64,000 bases of DNA from Anthoceros angustus (Eukaryota > Plantae > Anthocerotophyta). The notes beneath the pieces are model-generated. The model ran no database searches, was not told the DNA's origin, and saw only the letters and a list, made by a program, of their open reading frames with translations. The DNA is taken from positions 1,550,001-1,614,000 of the forward strand of contig MU008165.1 of assembly GCA_010909165.1 (NCBI GenBank), in the 5' to 3' direction. Position numbers and translations under genes: made by a program. Below, piece by piece: positions 61,568 through 64,000 of this stretch (positions within the stretch are counted from its first letter, which is position 1; the number at the start of each line of letters is the position of its first letter).

Positions 61568-64000
61568 ATGGATCCAGTGCAGTACCAAAGCGACGCGCGC
61601 AGGAGCCGGGGAGCAAGCCTCAGCATGCAGGCACTACCACCAGTAAAAACTTAGACTGTTGCCAAGGGTGTCGACGACGTACGTTCGGAATTGACGCTGA
61701 ATTAAACACATCACACACCTCACGTCAGACAAAGGCCAATGGAACAACATCCGGGAAGGGAGTCCGCTGCTTATGGCAGGTTTGAGCACTGTCGTTTCAG
61801 GGCCAATATGGGGTAAATATTTTGCCCGGATGCCTTTCTGAAGTTCTGTACAGTGCAAAGTGCTACCACCGCTCGGGAACCGCCATCCGACGAGGTCCTG
61901 CTGCCCAACATCTTCAGCAAGGCATCTTGGGCAAATGTGCAGCTGGCTGCTCTCATCATGCAACATGCAGATAGTTTGTCGGGCCTCTCCATCCAACTGG
62001 ATCGTGGTGGATGATCATGACCCTCGCGGGCCTTCAGGGTACGAAAGGCGGGTAACGGCTGAGACCGTGAGCAGACTATGTCAGCAGGGGCAGCTCGCTG
62101 AGGCTGTTGAGGCTTTGGGAGTTTTAGCGCTCACGGACTGTCACATTCCGCAACGTCTCTTTTACACGGTTGTGAAAAATTGTGTGGATAAGAAGGATCT
62201 GCCTCTGGGTCGCCGTGCTCATGCTCTCAGCGTGAGGAATGGGTACGAGTCGGATACGTTCCTGTGCAACCACATCCTGCGGATGTATGCATCCCATGCC
62301 AGGTTGCAGGAAGCTGTGGATGCGTTTACGATGGTTGCCGAGCCAGATGCCTTCACGTGGTCTGCCATCATCTCTGCTCATGTGAAACATGGGCAGGATA
62401 AGCTGGCTGTACAACTGTATCAGCGGATGCGGGGGTCGAGTGTGAAGCCAGATGCGCATGTGTTTGTTGCAGCCCTTCAGGCTTGTGGGAGGGGAGGAGA
62501 CCTGGAATCGGGGCAGCAGGTGCATGCTGATTTGTTGGCTAGTGGGGTTGAGCCCAATGTGTTTGTTGCGAGCTGCTTGGTGGACATGTATGGGAAGTGT
62601 GGCAGCTTGGAAGATGCCCAAGGTGTGTTTGACAGGCTTTGTCAGAAGAATGTGGTGACTTGGAGTGCGATGATAGCAGGATACGCGCAGAAGGGGATGG
62701 GGCATGAAGCCCTTCGTCTTTATAGTGCAATGCAAGAAGAAGGGATGGCTGCACCCAATTCTGTGACGTTTGTATCCCTCCTGCAGGCCTGTGCTGGTTT
62801 GGGCACCCCTGCTTTGGAGGAAGGGAGGCACCTTCATGCACAGATTAGAGAACGAGGACTTCAGGCTGATGTAGTTGTAGGTGGGAGCCTGGTGAACATG
62901 TACTCGAAGTGTGGCAGCCTGGAGGATGCTAGGGATGTTTTTGACAGCCTTGGTGAAAAGAATGTGGTTTCGTGGAATGCCATGATAGCAGGATATGCAC
63001 AGCACGGCATGGGGGAGGAAGCCCTTGCTCTTCACCAGGCTATGCTTTACGAAGGCAGTGTCGCCCCTGATTTTGTGACGTTTGTCTGCCTTCTTCAGGC
63101 ATGTGCAAGTATTGGCAACCCTGCTTTGGAGAAGGGGAGGCAGCTTCATGCACACATGAGAGAACGAGGGCTGGAGGCAGATGCGTTTGTAGCCAACAGT
63201 TTGGTAAACATGTATGCCAAGTGTGGCAGCCTAGAGGATGCTCAGGGCGTGTTTGATGGGCTTCCTCAGAAAGATGTGGTGACCTGGAATGCTATGGTCG
63301 CAGGATATTCCCAATCGGGCATGGGGCTAAAAGCTCTTAATCTTCTCAGTGCTATGCAAGAGGAAGGCATGTCTGCACCCAATTCTGTGACATTTGTGTC
63401 CGTCTTGCAAGCGTGTGGAAGTTTGGGCACCCCAGGTTTGGAGAAGGGAAGGCAGCTTCATGCACTGACTCGAGAACAAGGGCTTCAGGCTGATGTGTCT
63501 GTGGCCAACAGCTTGGTTGACATGTATGCAAAGTGTGGGAGCCTAGAGGATGCTCAGGGTGTGTTTGATGGACTATCTCAGAAAGATGTGGGAACATGGA
63601 ATGCCTTGATAGCGGGATATTCCAAGAAGGGTAAAGGCCTAGAAGCCCTTCAGCTTCTCATTGCCATGCAAGAAGAATGTGTGAGTGCGCCTAATTCCAT
63701 GACCTTTGTGTCCCTTCTGCAGGCATGTGCAATTGTGGGCACTCTGGCTTTGGAGAATGGGAAGCAGCTCCATGCACAAATCAGAGAACAAGGCCTTCAG
63801 GGTGACATGTTTGTAGCCAACAGCTTGGTCAACATGTACGCAAAGTGCGGGAGCCTAGAGGATGCTCAGGGCGTGTTTGAGGGGCTGGTGCATAAAAATG
63901 TAGTGACGTGGAATACCATGATAGCAGGGTATTCCCATGAGGGCATGGGGGAGGATGCCCTTCGTCTTTATGCGGATATGCAAGAAGAAGGCATTGTCAC
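61568..64000 (+). CDS. PLS-class PPR protein (partial, runs off the window end)
   Basis: Open frame from ~61854 to the window end with repeated SLV(D/N)MYAKCGSLEDAQGVFD.L..K.VVTWNAMIAGY; P-L-S triplets recur at an exact 312-bp period. The 5' exons are inferred. Confidence 0.93.

Overview
This is eukaryotic nuclear DNA from a compact, gene-dense plant genome: about 20 intact intron-containing genes in 64 kb, introns mostly 60-130 bp, and many head-to-head gene pairs. A flagellar gene (CCDC146/MBO2), PLS-type PPR genes with long L-motif inserts and a secreted-type polyphenol oxidase point to a seed-free land plant with motile sperm, most plausibly a hornwort (inference). Gene order: CCDC146(-, partial), CNX2(-), pTAC6(+), PfkB kinase(-), WDR91(+, two U12-type introns), MATE(-), full ABCB transporter(-), PLS-E+ PPR(+), a stand-alone CudA/STAT-like DNA-binding-domain gene(+), a mosaic of broken gene fragments (delta-COP, PPO, GBA2, transposase; all -), RPP2(+), NSL1-like(-), pTAC14(+), NPF(+), tau GST(+), APD-type RING E3(-), a duplicated NPF 3' fragment, a pogo relic, a small zinc-ribbon gene(+), COMT-like OMT(-), OEP21(-), S28 peptidase(+) and a PLS PPR(+) running off the window. 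The best candidates for something new are: (1) an SH2-less CudA/STAT-like putative transcription factor in an AT-rich island like that of the flagellar gene; (2) the nested gene-fragment mosaic at 34-37.4 kb; (3) a collapsed DYW-like relic behind the PPR gene; (4) an ABCB of a clade absent from Arabidopsis. All family calls come from recalled motifs, not database searches, and exon boundaries were inferred by eye.
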